DNA from: an uncultured archaeon
Lineage (GTDB): Archaea; Micrarchaeota; Micrarchaeia; Micrarchaeales; CABMGC01
Direction of reading: 5' to 3'
Assembly (NCBI GenBank): GCA_963704435.1
Contig: OY969902.1
Span: 30,001-62,000, forward strand
DNA length: 32,000 bases
Below the pieces are notes generated by a model that was not told the DNA's origin, did no database searches, and saw only the letters and a program-made list of their open reading frames with translations. Position numbers and translations under genes: made by a program. The stretch's first letter is position 1, and each line of letters starts with the position of its first letter. Shown here one piece after another: positions 22,935 to 30,461 of this stretch.

Positions 22935-25127
22935 ATGGCAAGGAAGGAGTTCGTAGCCGAGGAGGTCGGCAGGATAATGAGCGACCTGATCCACGTGAGG
23001 AACGTCGCGATAGTCGCGCACGTCCACCACGGCAAGACGACGCTCACCGACTCGCTCCTCGCCAAGGCGGGCATAATCGCCAAGTCCGTAGTGGCCGAGG
23101 CGCTGTACACCAACTACGAGGCCATAGAGAAGGACAGGAAGATGACCATAAAGTCCGCCAACATCTCCCTCGCGTTCGAGTACAAGGGCCACGACTACGT
23201 AATCAACCTGATAGACACGCCCGGGCACGTCGACTTCGGCGGCCACGTCACCAGGTCAATGAGGGCCGTCGACGGAGTCGTCGTTGTCGTAGATCCTGTG
23301 GAGGGGATAATGCCGCAGACCGAGACTGTCGTCAGGCAGGCGCTCAAGGAGAAGGCCAAGCCTGTGCTGTTCATCAACAAGGTCGACAGGCTGCTCACGG
23401 AGCTCAGGCTCACGCCGCAGCAGACGTTCGACAGGCTGCTCAAGCTCATAGCCGACATGAACAAGCTGATAGACGGCTTCGCCCCCGAGGAGTTCAAGGG
23501 CAAGTGGCACGTCAGCGTGGATGACGGAAGCGTCTGCATCGGATCGGCCGCGAAGAAGTGGGCGATATCCAAGCCGATAATGGAGAAGTACAAGGTCACG
23601 TTCAAGGAGATATTCGCGCTCACCGAGGCAGGCGACGAGAAGAAGCTGCAGGAGGTCGCGCCGATAGACGAGGCGACGCTCACGATGATTGTCGAGCACC
23701 TGCCGACCCCCAAGGAGGCGCAGGCGTACAGGATACCCCATCTGTGGCACGGCGACCTCGAGAGCGAGGACGGAAAGGCGATGCTGTCCGTCGACGCGAA
23801 GGCCAAGGCGAATGCGGTGATATTCGGCATAACGTACGACCCCCACGGCGGGGAGGTCGCCGTCGGAAGGGTCTTCTCGGGCACGCTGAAGAAGGGCACC
23901 GTGGTGAACATCTCCGGGAAGGCGAATCCGCAGAGGATACTGCAGGTCGGCCTGTACATGGGCCCGGAGCGCGTGCTGATCGACGAGGTGTCCGCAGGCA
24001 ACATAGCCGCCATAGTCGGGCTGAAGGACCTGACGATAGGCGACACGATCAGCGAGGGCACCATAGTGCCGTTCGAGCAGATAACCCACTACTCCAAGCC
24101 GGTCGTGACGAAGGCGGTCGAGGCCAAGGAGCTCAAGGACACGCTGAAGCTGATAGAGGCGCTCAGGGAGCTGTCCAAGTCCGACCCTACGATCACGGTC
24201 GAGATCAACCAGGAGACGGGAGAGCACCTGATGAGCGGCATGGGCGAGCTCCACCTGGAGGTCATAGAGACGAAGCTCAAGGACGATTACAAGATACCGA
24301 TAACCACGAGCGAGCCGCTGGTGGTCTACAAGGAGACGATAGAGAACAAGGTGGAGGACGTAGAGGGCAAGTCGCCGAACAGGCACACCAAGTTCGAGGT
24401 CACGGTCATGCCGCTGGAGAAGGGCGTCGTGGAGCTGATAGAGAACGGCACCATAAGGGAGGGCCAGCCGAAGGGCAAGCAGTACCTCGAGGACCTTGTC
24501 AAGGCGGGCATGCCCAGGGAGGAGGCCAGGGGAATCATCGACGTGTCCCACACGAGCGTGCTCATAGACATAACCCACGGTGTGCAGTACCTCAACGAGG
24601 TGATGGAGCTCCTCATCGACGGATTCGAGGAGGCCGTGCGCGAGGGGCCGCTAGCCAAGGAGAAGTGCTTCGGGGTGAAGGTCATGATAACCGACGCCAC
24701 GATACACGAGGACCCGGTGCACAGGGGCCCGGCGCAGATAATGCCTGCGATGAGGAGGCCGATCTGGGCGGGAATGCTGCTCGCGGGCGTGGTCCTGCTG
24801 GAGCCGAAGCAGCTCTTCACGATCAACATACCGCAGGAGTACCTGTCCGACGTCATCGGTCTGCTGCAGGGCAGGAGGGGCCAGGTCCAGGAGATACAGC
24901 AGGAGAACGAGCAGGTCACGATAACCGCGAAGATGCCCGTGGCAGAGGTCATCAAGGGCTTCTCGAACGAGATGAGGGGCGCCACGACCGGGAGGGCGAT
25001 CTGGTACACCGAGTTCGCCGGCTACGAGAAGATGCCGAAGGAGCTGCAGGACAAGGTCGTCAGGGAGATAAGGAAGAGGAAGGGCCAGAAGGAGGAGCCT
25101 CCGTCGGCGCAGGAGTATCTGGACTAG
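22935..25127 (+). CDS. fusA: Translation elongation factor aEF-2
   Basis: G-domain motifs are AHVHHGKTTL, DTPGHVDF and NKVD. The diphthamide-site region is HEDPVHRGPAQIMPA. ATG 22935 is preferred over the GTG at 22926. Confidence 0.95.
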   Translation: MARKEFVAEEVGRIMSDLIHVRNVAIVAHVHHGKTTLTDSLLAKAGIIAKSVVAEALYTNYEAIEKDRKMTIKSANISLAFEYKGHDYVINLIDTPGHVDFGGHVTRSMRAVDGVVVVVDPVEGIMPQTETVVRQALKEKAKPVLFINKVDRLLTELRLTPQQTFDRLLKLIADMNKLIDGFAPEEFKGKWHVSVDDGSVCIGSAAKKWAISKPIMEKYKVTFKEIFALTEAGDEKKLQEVAPIDEATLTMIVEHLPTPKEAQAYRIPHLWHGDLESEDGKAMLSVDAKAKANAVIFGITYDPHGGEVAVGRVFSGTLKKGTVVNISGKANPQRILQVGLYMGPERVLIDEVSAGNIAAIVGLKDLTIGDTISEGTIVPFEQITHYSKPVVTKAVEAKELKDTLKLIEALRELSKSDPTITVEINQETGEHLMSGMGELHLEVIETKLKDDYKIPITTSEPLVVYKETIENKVEDVEGKSPNRHTKFEVTVMPLEKGVVELIENGTIREGQPKGKQYLEDLVKAGMPREEARGIIDVSHTSVLIDITHGVQYLNEVMELLIDGFEEAVREGPLAKEKCFGVKVMITDATIHEDPVHRGPAQIMPAMRRPIWAGMLLAGVVLLEPKQLFTINIPQEYLSDVIGLLQGRRGQVQEIQQENEQVTITAKMPVAEVIKGFSNEMRGATTGRAIWYTEFAGYEKMPKELQDKVVREIRKRKGQKEEPPSAQEYLD

Positions 25128-25161
25128 CGGACCGCTAAGCGTAATCCTTTCCCAAACAGGG

Positions 25162-26157
25162 TCAAATACCTATCACATATACCAGATTTCTCTCGAGCTC
25201 CCTCAGGTATAGCGCGGAATCCAAGCGGTCCAGAATCTCGGGGTCAGTGATGCGCTGCACATACTTGTCCTGCATCTTTTTCGCCTCCCTCGCGGTAACG
25301 GGCGCATTCCGGACTAGCCTTTTGTAGCTAATCCTTTCCCTCTCCAGCAGCTCCTTGACCTGCTTCAGCTCACCGGGGTTCTGCAGGAGAATCTGGTATA
25401 TGAGGTTCTCGTCGATTCCCTTGGCCATGTCGTCTTTTAGGTCAAGCAGGTCATCCTGCACCTGCGCAACCATCCCGAGATTCATGTAGGCGTCTTCGAT
25501 GACTCTCGCGCGCTCAGTTGGCACCGAATATATGGTGTTCAGGAGCCTGATGTGGGACCCTACGACCACGCCGCTCGTGCCCATCCTGAGCTCTTCAGCA
25601 TCGGAGAGGCTTCGGATATTGCGGTGTTCATTTATGGCGCGCATCATCACTTCCGCATCGACAGTGAATAGCGTCCTTATCTCCTTCTGTTTCGCATTGT
25701 CCAATAATCTGATTGATTCGAAGAATCTCTTCCTCGTCTCCCTGATTTCGCTATCTTTGTTGAATTTCATAGAGCGGTCCCTGTTCTCAGGGCTGTCCAG
25801 GAATCTGTCCGCCGCGGCCACGTACACGAAGTAGTTCTTCATTATAGAAGTCAGTCTCGGGTCGATATCCTTGTACCTGAATCCTGTGGCATTAAGCCAG
25901 GAGTTTACGGTGAAGTTCAGAAATATGAAGTTCTCCATCCTTTTTCTCAGGGTCTTGTCCTTGTCCGAAGAAAGGTATTTCCATCTGTGCCCCAAGGTCG
26001 CCACTGACCAGGACACGTGCGCCGTAGCCCGTAGCGCCCGGCGCAGGTCGCTCTCTCCTGAGGACAGCTCGTTTCCGAGCGGGTCCCTCCTGCTGAGCAT
26101 CTCGCTAGCCTGCTCTCGAGGGGTCGCTTTGATCGAGGCCATACTTCTCTTTTGCAT
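25162..26157 (-). CDS. Polyprenyl-synthase-like (class I isoprenoid-synthase fold) protein with degenerate first Asp-rich motif
   Basis: LGMVAQVQDDLLDLKDDMAKGIDEN matches the second Asp-rich region of trans-prenyltransferases (G-x-x-F/A-Q-x-x-DD-x-x-D). About 115 aa upstream, where DDxx(xx)D is expected, the sequence is VAAADRFLDS. The CDS itself is well supported by a long ORF, but the function is tentative. Confidence 0.5.
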   Translation of the reverse strand: MQKRSMASIKATPREQASEMLSRRDPLGNELSSGESDLRRALRATAHVSWSVATLGHRWKYLSSDKDKTLRKRMENFIFLNFTVNSWLNATGFRYKDIDPRLTSIMKNYFVYVAAADRFLDSPENRDRSMKFNKDSEIRETRKRFFESIRLLDNAKQKEIRTLFTVDAEVMMRAINEHRNIRSLSDAEELRMGTSGVVVGSHIRLLNTIYSVPTERARVIEDAYMNLGMVAQVQDDLLDLKDDMAKGIDENLIYQILLQNPGELKQVKELLERERISYKRLVRNAPVTAREAKKMQDKYVQRITDPEILDRLDSALYLRELERNLVYVIGI

Positions 26158-26392
26158 TCCCCCGTATTTATTAATTGGCTAATGCCCTGTCTTCTTCCGG
26201 CAATCGACGAAGTCGCCGCGTCGCGTACGCTTGCGCCCGTCTCAGCCTCTCCAGCAACCTGCGCTCGTTCCTTCGATGGGCTTTAAAGGCTTTCCAGGCA
26301 AAGGCAATGGGTGCGCTTATGGATCCCGTATCCGCGTGAGAAGGGCGTTCCATGGATGAGGGCAGCAAGTGGCGCTTGAGCTCAACGACTGC

Positions 26393-26402
26393 TTAATAAA
26401 TA
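26393..26402 (+). promoter_or_regulatory. TATA-like element (TTAATAAATA) upstream of the L7Ae gene
   Basis: This A/T block lies about 65-75 nt upstream of ATG 26467, which implies a roughly 40-nt 5' leader. Confidence 0.35.
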
Positions 26403-26466
26403 TTTCATTGCTAATATCATACTACTAGTGCTTATGTTCTGTGCACTGATGAGATGAGGTGTCTAA

Positions 26467-26916
26467 ATGGCAAAATCTTATGTGAAATTCGAAGTCCCAA
26501 AGGAGATAGCGGACAAGTCGCTGGAGGCTCTGCGCATGGCTAAGCAGGGCGGAGCGGTGAGGAAGGGGGTCAACGAGGTGACCAAGAGCGTCGAGAGGGG
26601 GCTTGCGGTCCTGGTGCTCCTTGCGGCCGACGTAGAGCCGGAGGAGGTGGTCATGCACATCCCGGCGCTCTGCGAGCAGAAGAAGATACCCCTGGTGTTC
26701 ATACCTGCCAAGCTCGACCTGGGCAAGGCGGTGGGGCTCAGCGTGCCGTGCGCAGCCGCGTCGATAGAGAAGGCGGGCGAGGGCCACGCGCAGCTCAAGG
26801 AGGTAGTCACATGGTCGGCGGGCAGGACCGGCGGGAAGCCAGAGGCCAAGAAGGAGGAGAAGGAAGAGAAGAAGGCCAGGGCGGCAAAGCCGAAGGCCGA
26901 GCAGGAAGCGGAGTGA
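26467..26916 (+). CDS. rpl7ae: 50S ribosomal protein L7Ae (K-turn binding) with Lys/Glu/Ala-rich C-terminal tail
   Basis: SYVKFEVPKEIADKSLEALRMAKQGGAVRKGVNEVTKSVERGLAVLVLLAADVEPEEVVMHIPALCEQKKIPLVFIPAKLDLGKAVG is the canonical L7Ae core. The tail is KPEAKKEEKEEKKARAAKPKAEQEAE. Confidence 0.92.
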   Translation: MAKSYVKFEVPKEIADKSLEALRMAKQGGAVRKGVNEVTKSVERGLAVLVLLAADVEPEEVVMHIPALCEQKKIPLVFIPAKLDLGKAVGLSVPCAAASIEKAGEGHAQLKEVVTWSAGRTGGKPEAKKEEKEEKKARAAKPKAEQEAE

Positions 26917-26931
26917 TGGCGGACTGGTCCT

Positions 26932-27168
26932 ATGGCTGACGAGCAGAAGGAGCAGAAGAAGTTCGACGGCTTCCTAGCGGAGGTCGTGGAGAAGATGCCC
27001 AACCGCACCGGAATGTTCGGGTCCGTGCTGCAGGTGATGTGCAAGGTGATGGAGGGCAGGGACAAGGGCAGGGTCATAAGGCGGAACATAACGGGAAGGG
27101 TCAAGGTCGGTGACATAATAAGGCTTTCTGACACGAGCAGGGAGGACAAGCCGATACACGTCAAGTGA
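26932..27168 (+). CDS. rps28e: 30S ribosomal protein S28e
   Basis: AEVVEKMPNRTGMFGSVLQVMCKVMEGRDKGRVIRRNITGRVKVGDIIRLSDTSRE matches the S28e consensus. It sits in the classic position after L7Ae. Confidence 0.9.
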   Translation: MADEQKEQKKFDGFLAEVVEKMPNRTGMFGSVLQVMCKVMEGRDKGRVIRRNITGRVKVGDIIRLSDTSREDKPIHVK

Positions 27169-27172
27169 TGCT

Positions 27173-27352
27173 ATGCGATGCTCATATTGCACCAGGGAGG
27201 TCGAGCCGGGGACCGGCATAATGTACGTCAAGAAAGTGGGCACAGTGAAGTACTACTGCTCCAGCAGGTGCTACAAGTTCGAAGTGAACCAGGGCAAGAA
27301 GCAGAGGATGAAGGAGCAGAAGGGACTCGCGAAGGCAGCGGCGAAGAAATAA
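27173..27352 (+). CDS. rpl24e: 50S ribosomal protein L24e (59 aa, absent from the supplied ORF track)
   Basis: My own translation gives MRCSYCTREVEPGTGIMYVKKVGTVKYYCSSRCYKFEVNQGKKQRMKEQKGLAKAAAKK. This is the L24e zinc-ribbon pattern (C-x2-C....C-x3-C). Stop is TAA at 27350-27352. The track ORF 27178-27363 is in a different frame. Confidence 0.88.
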   Translation: MRCSYCTREVEPGTGIMYVKKVGTVKYYCSSRCYKFEVNQGKKQRMKEQKGLAKAAAKK

Positions 27353-27399
27353 TAGATGCTTAGGCCTAGGGGCCCGCGCAGCGCGGGAGGCCGGAATCG

Positions 27400-28494
27400 G
27401 TGCGTGGTGAGATTGTGGGAAGCGCAAAAGAACTAGTTGTGATAAGAAGGCCTACGGCAAAAGATACGGGTGTGGGCATATTCAACTTTTTGCCCGACTT
27501 CTCAGTCGTTGACTGGGGTCCGGTGGATCAGTTCGACAAGGGATCGGCCGTGTGCATGATGGCCGCGTACAACCTCGAGCGTTTGGAGGAGAAACGCATA
27601 AGGACGCACTATCTGGGCCTAGTGGATGATAGAGGTGAGACTGTCAGGTTTGGGGAAATAGATTCACCTACCAATCAGATGAAGGTTGCGCTTGTTAATG
27701 TCATCCAGCCTAGGGCTATGACTGTTGGCGAAAAGTTCTTTGGATACGACTACAGCGTCTTCGCCACAAAGGATCTTGCCAATTATCTGCTGCCTCTCGA
27801 AGTGATATACCGAAACGAGATGTCTACTGATCTCAATTCTTCGCTGTTCAGGCGCCTGAAGAAGGGCGAGACGACGCCCGAGAAGCTGGGTCTCGACCAC
27901 TACCCGGTGCCCGGTGAGCGCCTATCAAGGCCGATTTCCGATGTGAGCACGAAGCTGGAGAAGCCCGACCGCTACATGGGCTGGGAGGAGGCAAAGCAGA
28001 TCTCCGGTCTGAGCGAAGTGGAGTCCGCCGAGGTGCTGCGCGTTCTCACTACTGTGAACAACACCATAACCGCATGCTGCTCCGCTGCAGGTATGGTGAA
28101 CGTGGACGGGAAGATCGAGCTTGCATTTGATGACAAAAGGAGGCTCATGCTCGTGGATGTAGTGGGGACCCAAGAGGAGTGCAGGATGACCTTCAATGGC
28201 ATCGACGTTGGCAAGCAGGTCCAGAGACTGATATACGAGCAAACGGCGTGGTACTTAGACGTTCTGGAGGCAAAGGACGCGGCAAAGGCGCAGATGGTGG
28301 AGGACTGGAGGACGCTGTGCCCCTCGAAGCCGCCCAAGCTGGATGCGAGGCAGAATGAGCTGTCTAGCCAGATATACAAGTCCGTGACTAACGAGTACAC
28401 GCGGCGCCACATATTCGACGTGCCCACACTGGCGGAGGTCGTCAAGGAGCTTGTCAGGTACCAGACCGCAGCCGTGAAGGAGCGAAATATCTGA
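27400..28494 (+). CDS. SAICAR-synthetase-like (PurC family) protein, long and divergent form
   Basis: Family-like blocks appear in the expected order: GSAKELVV, FLPDFSVVDW....KGSAVCMMAAYNLERLEEKRIRTHYLG, LPLEVIYRNEMS, PISDVSTKLEKPDRYM and VDGKIELAFDDKRRLMLVDVVGTQEECRM. The GTG start at 27400 has GGGAGG about 9 nt upstream. Confidence 0.6.
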   Translation: MRGEIVGSAKELVVIRRPTAKDTGVGIFNFLPDFSVVDWGPVDQFDKGSAVCMMAAYNLERLEEKRIRTHYLGLVDDRGETVRFGEIDSPTNQMKVALVNVIQPRAMTVGEKFFGYDYSVFATKDLANYLLPLEVIYRNEMSTDLNSSLFRRLKKGETTPEKLGLDHYPVPGERLSRPISDVSTKLEKPDRYMGWEEAKQISGLSEVESAEVLRVLTTVNNTITACCSAAGMVNVDGKIELAFDDKRRLMLVDVVGTQEECRMTFNGIDVGKQVQRLIYEQTAWYLDVLEAKDAAKAQMVEDWRTLCPSKPPKLDARQNELSSQIYKSVTNEYTRRHIFDVPTLAEVVKELVRYQTAAVKERNI

Positions 28495-28506
28495 TTTGCT
28501 GATCTA

Positions 28507-28971
28507 ATGAAAATAGTCAGCGCCTGTCTAGCAGGCAAGAACTGCAAATGGAATGGAAAGAGCAGCGCCAGCGCTGCGGTCGTGGAGATGGTCGAGAGGG
28601 GCGAGGCCATCGCGGCCTGCCCCGAGGAGCTTGGAGGCCTTCCCACGCCAAGGAAGCCCTGCGGGATCTATGGCGGAACCGGCGAAGACGTTCTAAACGG
28701 GAAAGCTAGCGTCAGGTCCGTCGGAGACGGGGAGGACATGACCGAGCTGTTCCTGAAGGGCGCTAGGGAATTCTTGAAAACGGCGAAGTCAGTTAACGCG
28801 AAATCGGCAATCCTGCGCACGCCGAGCCCATCATGCGGCTTCGGCAGGACCTGGAGGCTCGACGACAGCTTTGCAAACCACGTGGCTGAAGGAGACGGGG
28901 TCACCGCCGCGCTGCTGAAAAAGAACGGGATTGAGGTCATAACGGGAAATGATGAAGACGGCAAGGGATAA
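28507..28971 (+). CDS. DUF523 family protein (TudS-like, putative [4Fe-4S] thiouracil desulfidase family)
   Basis: IVSACLAGKNCKWNG, AACPEELGGLPTPRKPCGI and AILRTPSPSCG reproduce the three conserved Cys-containing blocks of DUF523. Confidence 0.75.
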   Translation: MKIVSACLAGKNCKWNGKSSASAAVVEMVERGEAIAACPEELGGLPTPRKPCGIYGGTGEDVLNGKASVRSVGDGEDMTELFLKGAREFLKTAKSVNAKSAILRTPSPSCGFGRTWRLDDSFANHVAEGDGVTAALLKKNGIEVITGNDEDGKG

Positions 28972-29010
28972 GAGAAAGCAATATATATCTATAGCCATAT
29001 ATTGTCAGCT

Positions 29011-29241
29011 ATGGAAACTACAATCCAGGTGCACCGGACCCTAAAGGCCAAACTAGAAAAATTGAAACTCTATTCGAGAGAATCCTATGGAATGGTGATC
29101 GAAAGACTTATCTCTAGTAGCATGGATGATGAATCCCTATCTGAAGAGGAGATAAAAGGCATAGAGGAAGGCTTGGCCGACATAAAGGCAGGTAGGGTAT
29201 ACACTACGAAGGAATTGAAGAAGCAACTAGGGATCCAATGA
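29011..29241 (+). CDS. Type II antitoxin (partner of the RelE-like toxin)
   Basis: This small acidic protein sits immediately upstream of the toxin and overlaps it (ATGA). Its C-terminus EEIKGIEEGLADIKAGRVYTTKELKKQLG is typical of antitoxin C-terminal segments. Start is ATG 29011 or TTG 29002. Confidence 0.6.
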   Translation: METTIQVHRTLKAKLEKLKLYSRESYGMVIERLISSSMDDESLSEEEIKGIEEGLADIKAGRVYTTKELKKQLGIQ

Positions 29242-29495
29242 GTTACCAAGTAATTTGGTCTCAAAGATCAAGAAAGGATCTTGAAATGCTTGGAAAGAAT
29301 ACGTCTATCAGAATAATCTCAAAAGTAGAAAGCATAACAGAAAATCCGTTTGCTTTTGTAAAAAAGTTGCACGGAGTATCGCTCTATAGTCTTAGGACAG
29401 GAAACTACAGGACCATACTAGACATTGAGAATAAGAGGCTGGTAATTTTTGTCGTTAGGATTGGGCATAGGAGCAGAATCTATGCTGATTTTTAG
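29238..29495 (+). CDS. relE: RelE/ParE-superfamily toxin (mRNA interferase)
   Basis: The 85-aa protein contains LRTGNYRTILDIENKRLVIFVVRIGHRSRIY, which matches the RelE core (GxYRxxY.....i.I..i.HR..vY). The gene pair is very A+T-rich (hand count 19/60 G+C at 29281-29340). Confidence 0.8.
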   Translation: MSYQVIWSQRSRKDLEMLGKNTSIRIISKVESITENPFAFVKKLHGVSLYSLRTGNYRTILDIENKRLVIFVVRIGHRSRIYADF

Positions 29496-29619
29496 CAGAA
29501 TCGACTCAATTGAATTCGCCGCAGCGTGCGAAACAAAAAGCAATCAATAAATAGCTTGGGTGTGGATTATTAGAGTTTGCGGCGCATCCAAGCGCCAGCG
29601 GAACGGATGAGGTGGACAC

Positions 29620-30033
29620 ATGCCAAGAAACTCGAATGCAACTGTTGACGACAGCACGCAGGCTTCGGACACTTCCGTAACCGGCGCTCCTTCAAGGGGC
29701 CAGGGGAGGAAGTGGCTCATGATAGCGGCGGTTGGCGTGGTCGCGCTCATAGTGGGCCTGCTCATAGGCACCGCGATAAGCGCCCCATCTCTCGACCTGT
29801 GCTCTTACGGCATACCCAACGCCACCAACAGCTCCCTGCTCGACAGCGTCGACGCGTTCAGGATCGTCATGGTGAACGCGTCCTTCCAGGAGGTGAACGT
29901 GACGTCGCAGTTCTGCGATACGAACCTGACGGCCCAGCAGAACGCCTCGATCCTCGAGCTCTTCAACCGTTCGCAGATGGTACAGTTCATACGCGCAGAC
30001 CTGGCGCCTGTGCTTAGCGCGGCGCGGATCTAG
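29620..30033 (+). CDS. Hypothetical membrane-anchored extracellular protein, rich in N-glycosylation sequons
   Basis: The N-terminal region is followed by one TM helix (WLMIAAVGVVALIVGLLIGTAI). The roughly 85-aa ectodomain has 7 N-x-S/T sequons. GAGGTG lies 6 nt upstream of the ATG. Confidence 0.5.
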   Translation: MPRNSNATVDDSTQASDTSVTGAPSRGQGRKWLMIAAVGVVALIVGLLIGTAISAPSLDLCSYGIPNATNSSLLDSVDAFRIVMVNASFQEVNVTSQFCDTNLTAQQNASILELFNRSQMVQFIRADLAPVLSAARI

Positions 30034-30127
30034 GCCCTCTCAGCGGCCCCCAAGGCGCACAGGGAGCGGGCGTCCATCTCCTCCTGTAGCCCCGCTCCGA
30101 TAGGTTTAAATAGCTAAGCCGAGAATT

Positions 30128-30397
30128 ATGCTCGGGATTTGCATGGAATTTTGGAAGACAATTACGGGAGTGATCGTGATACTGATAGGGATCGCGGTGT
30201 TCTGGCAGGGTTTTAGCACGGTGAGCCAGTGCAACTCGATCTTAGGCAAAGTGGCTACGGCGGTAACCTCCATCTTCGGCGGAACCGGAGCGCAGGCCTG
30301 CTACAATGCCCAGATAGCCGAGATAGGAGGCATCCTTCTGGTCCTGATAGGCCTGGCAGTGATCTTCTTCCCTATGAAGAAGAAGGGCAGGAAGTAA
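30128..30397 (+). CDS. Hypothetical small membrane protein
   Basis: The ORF encodes 89 aa with hydrophobic helices at both ends (ITGVIVILIGIAVFW and IGGILLVLIGLAVIFF). TTTAAATA at 30105-30112 lies upstream. The start may be ATG 30128 or 30143. Confidence 0.5.
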   Translation: MLGICMEFWKTITGVIVILIGIAVFWQGFSTVSQCNSILGKVATAVTSIFGGTGAQACYNAQIAEIGGILLVLIGLAVIFFPMKKKGRK

Positions 30398-30434
30398 TAC
30401 CTGAAGGTCTGACGGCGGTCTTTTCTTAGGGTCT

Positions 30435-30461
30435 GGCCCCTTGCGGGGCCGGGCCTTTTTT
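30435..30461 (+). terminator. Hairpin plus T-run (GGCCCC-ttgc-GGGGCC ... CTTTTTT)
   Basis: A perfect 6-bp GC stem (30435-30450) is followed by T6 (30456-30461), about 40 nt after the stop of gene 30128-30397. Oligo-T tracts are the known archaeal termination signal. Confidence 0.5.

Noticed and set aside
23256-25138. A 440-aa minus-strand ORF (23256-24578) and a 526-aa alternative-frame plus-strand ORF (23558-25138) inside the EF-2 gene.
   Set aside because: EF-2 is conserved end to end in its own frame. The alternatives are Arg/Gly/Leu-rich with no motifs, so they are compositional artefacts.
26190-26260. Minus-strand CCGGAAGAAGACAG, resembling the SRP RNA helix-8 GGAA tetraloop region.
   Set aside because: The flanking bases do not pair to close a GNAR tetraloop. 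The free interval of about 230 nt is shorter than an archaeal 7S RNA, and no other SRP helices could be drawn.
27178-27363. Track ORF of 61 aa (MLILHQGGRAGDRH...).
   Set aside because: It is in the wrong frame. The overlapping frame starting at 27173 encodes a clear L24e zinc-ribbon protein of 59 aa, just under the track's apparent length cutoff.
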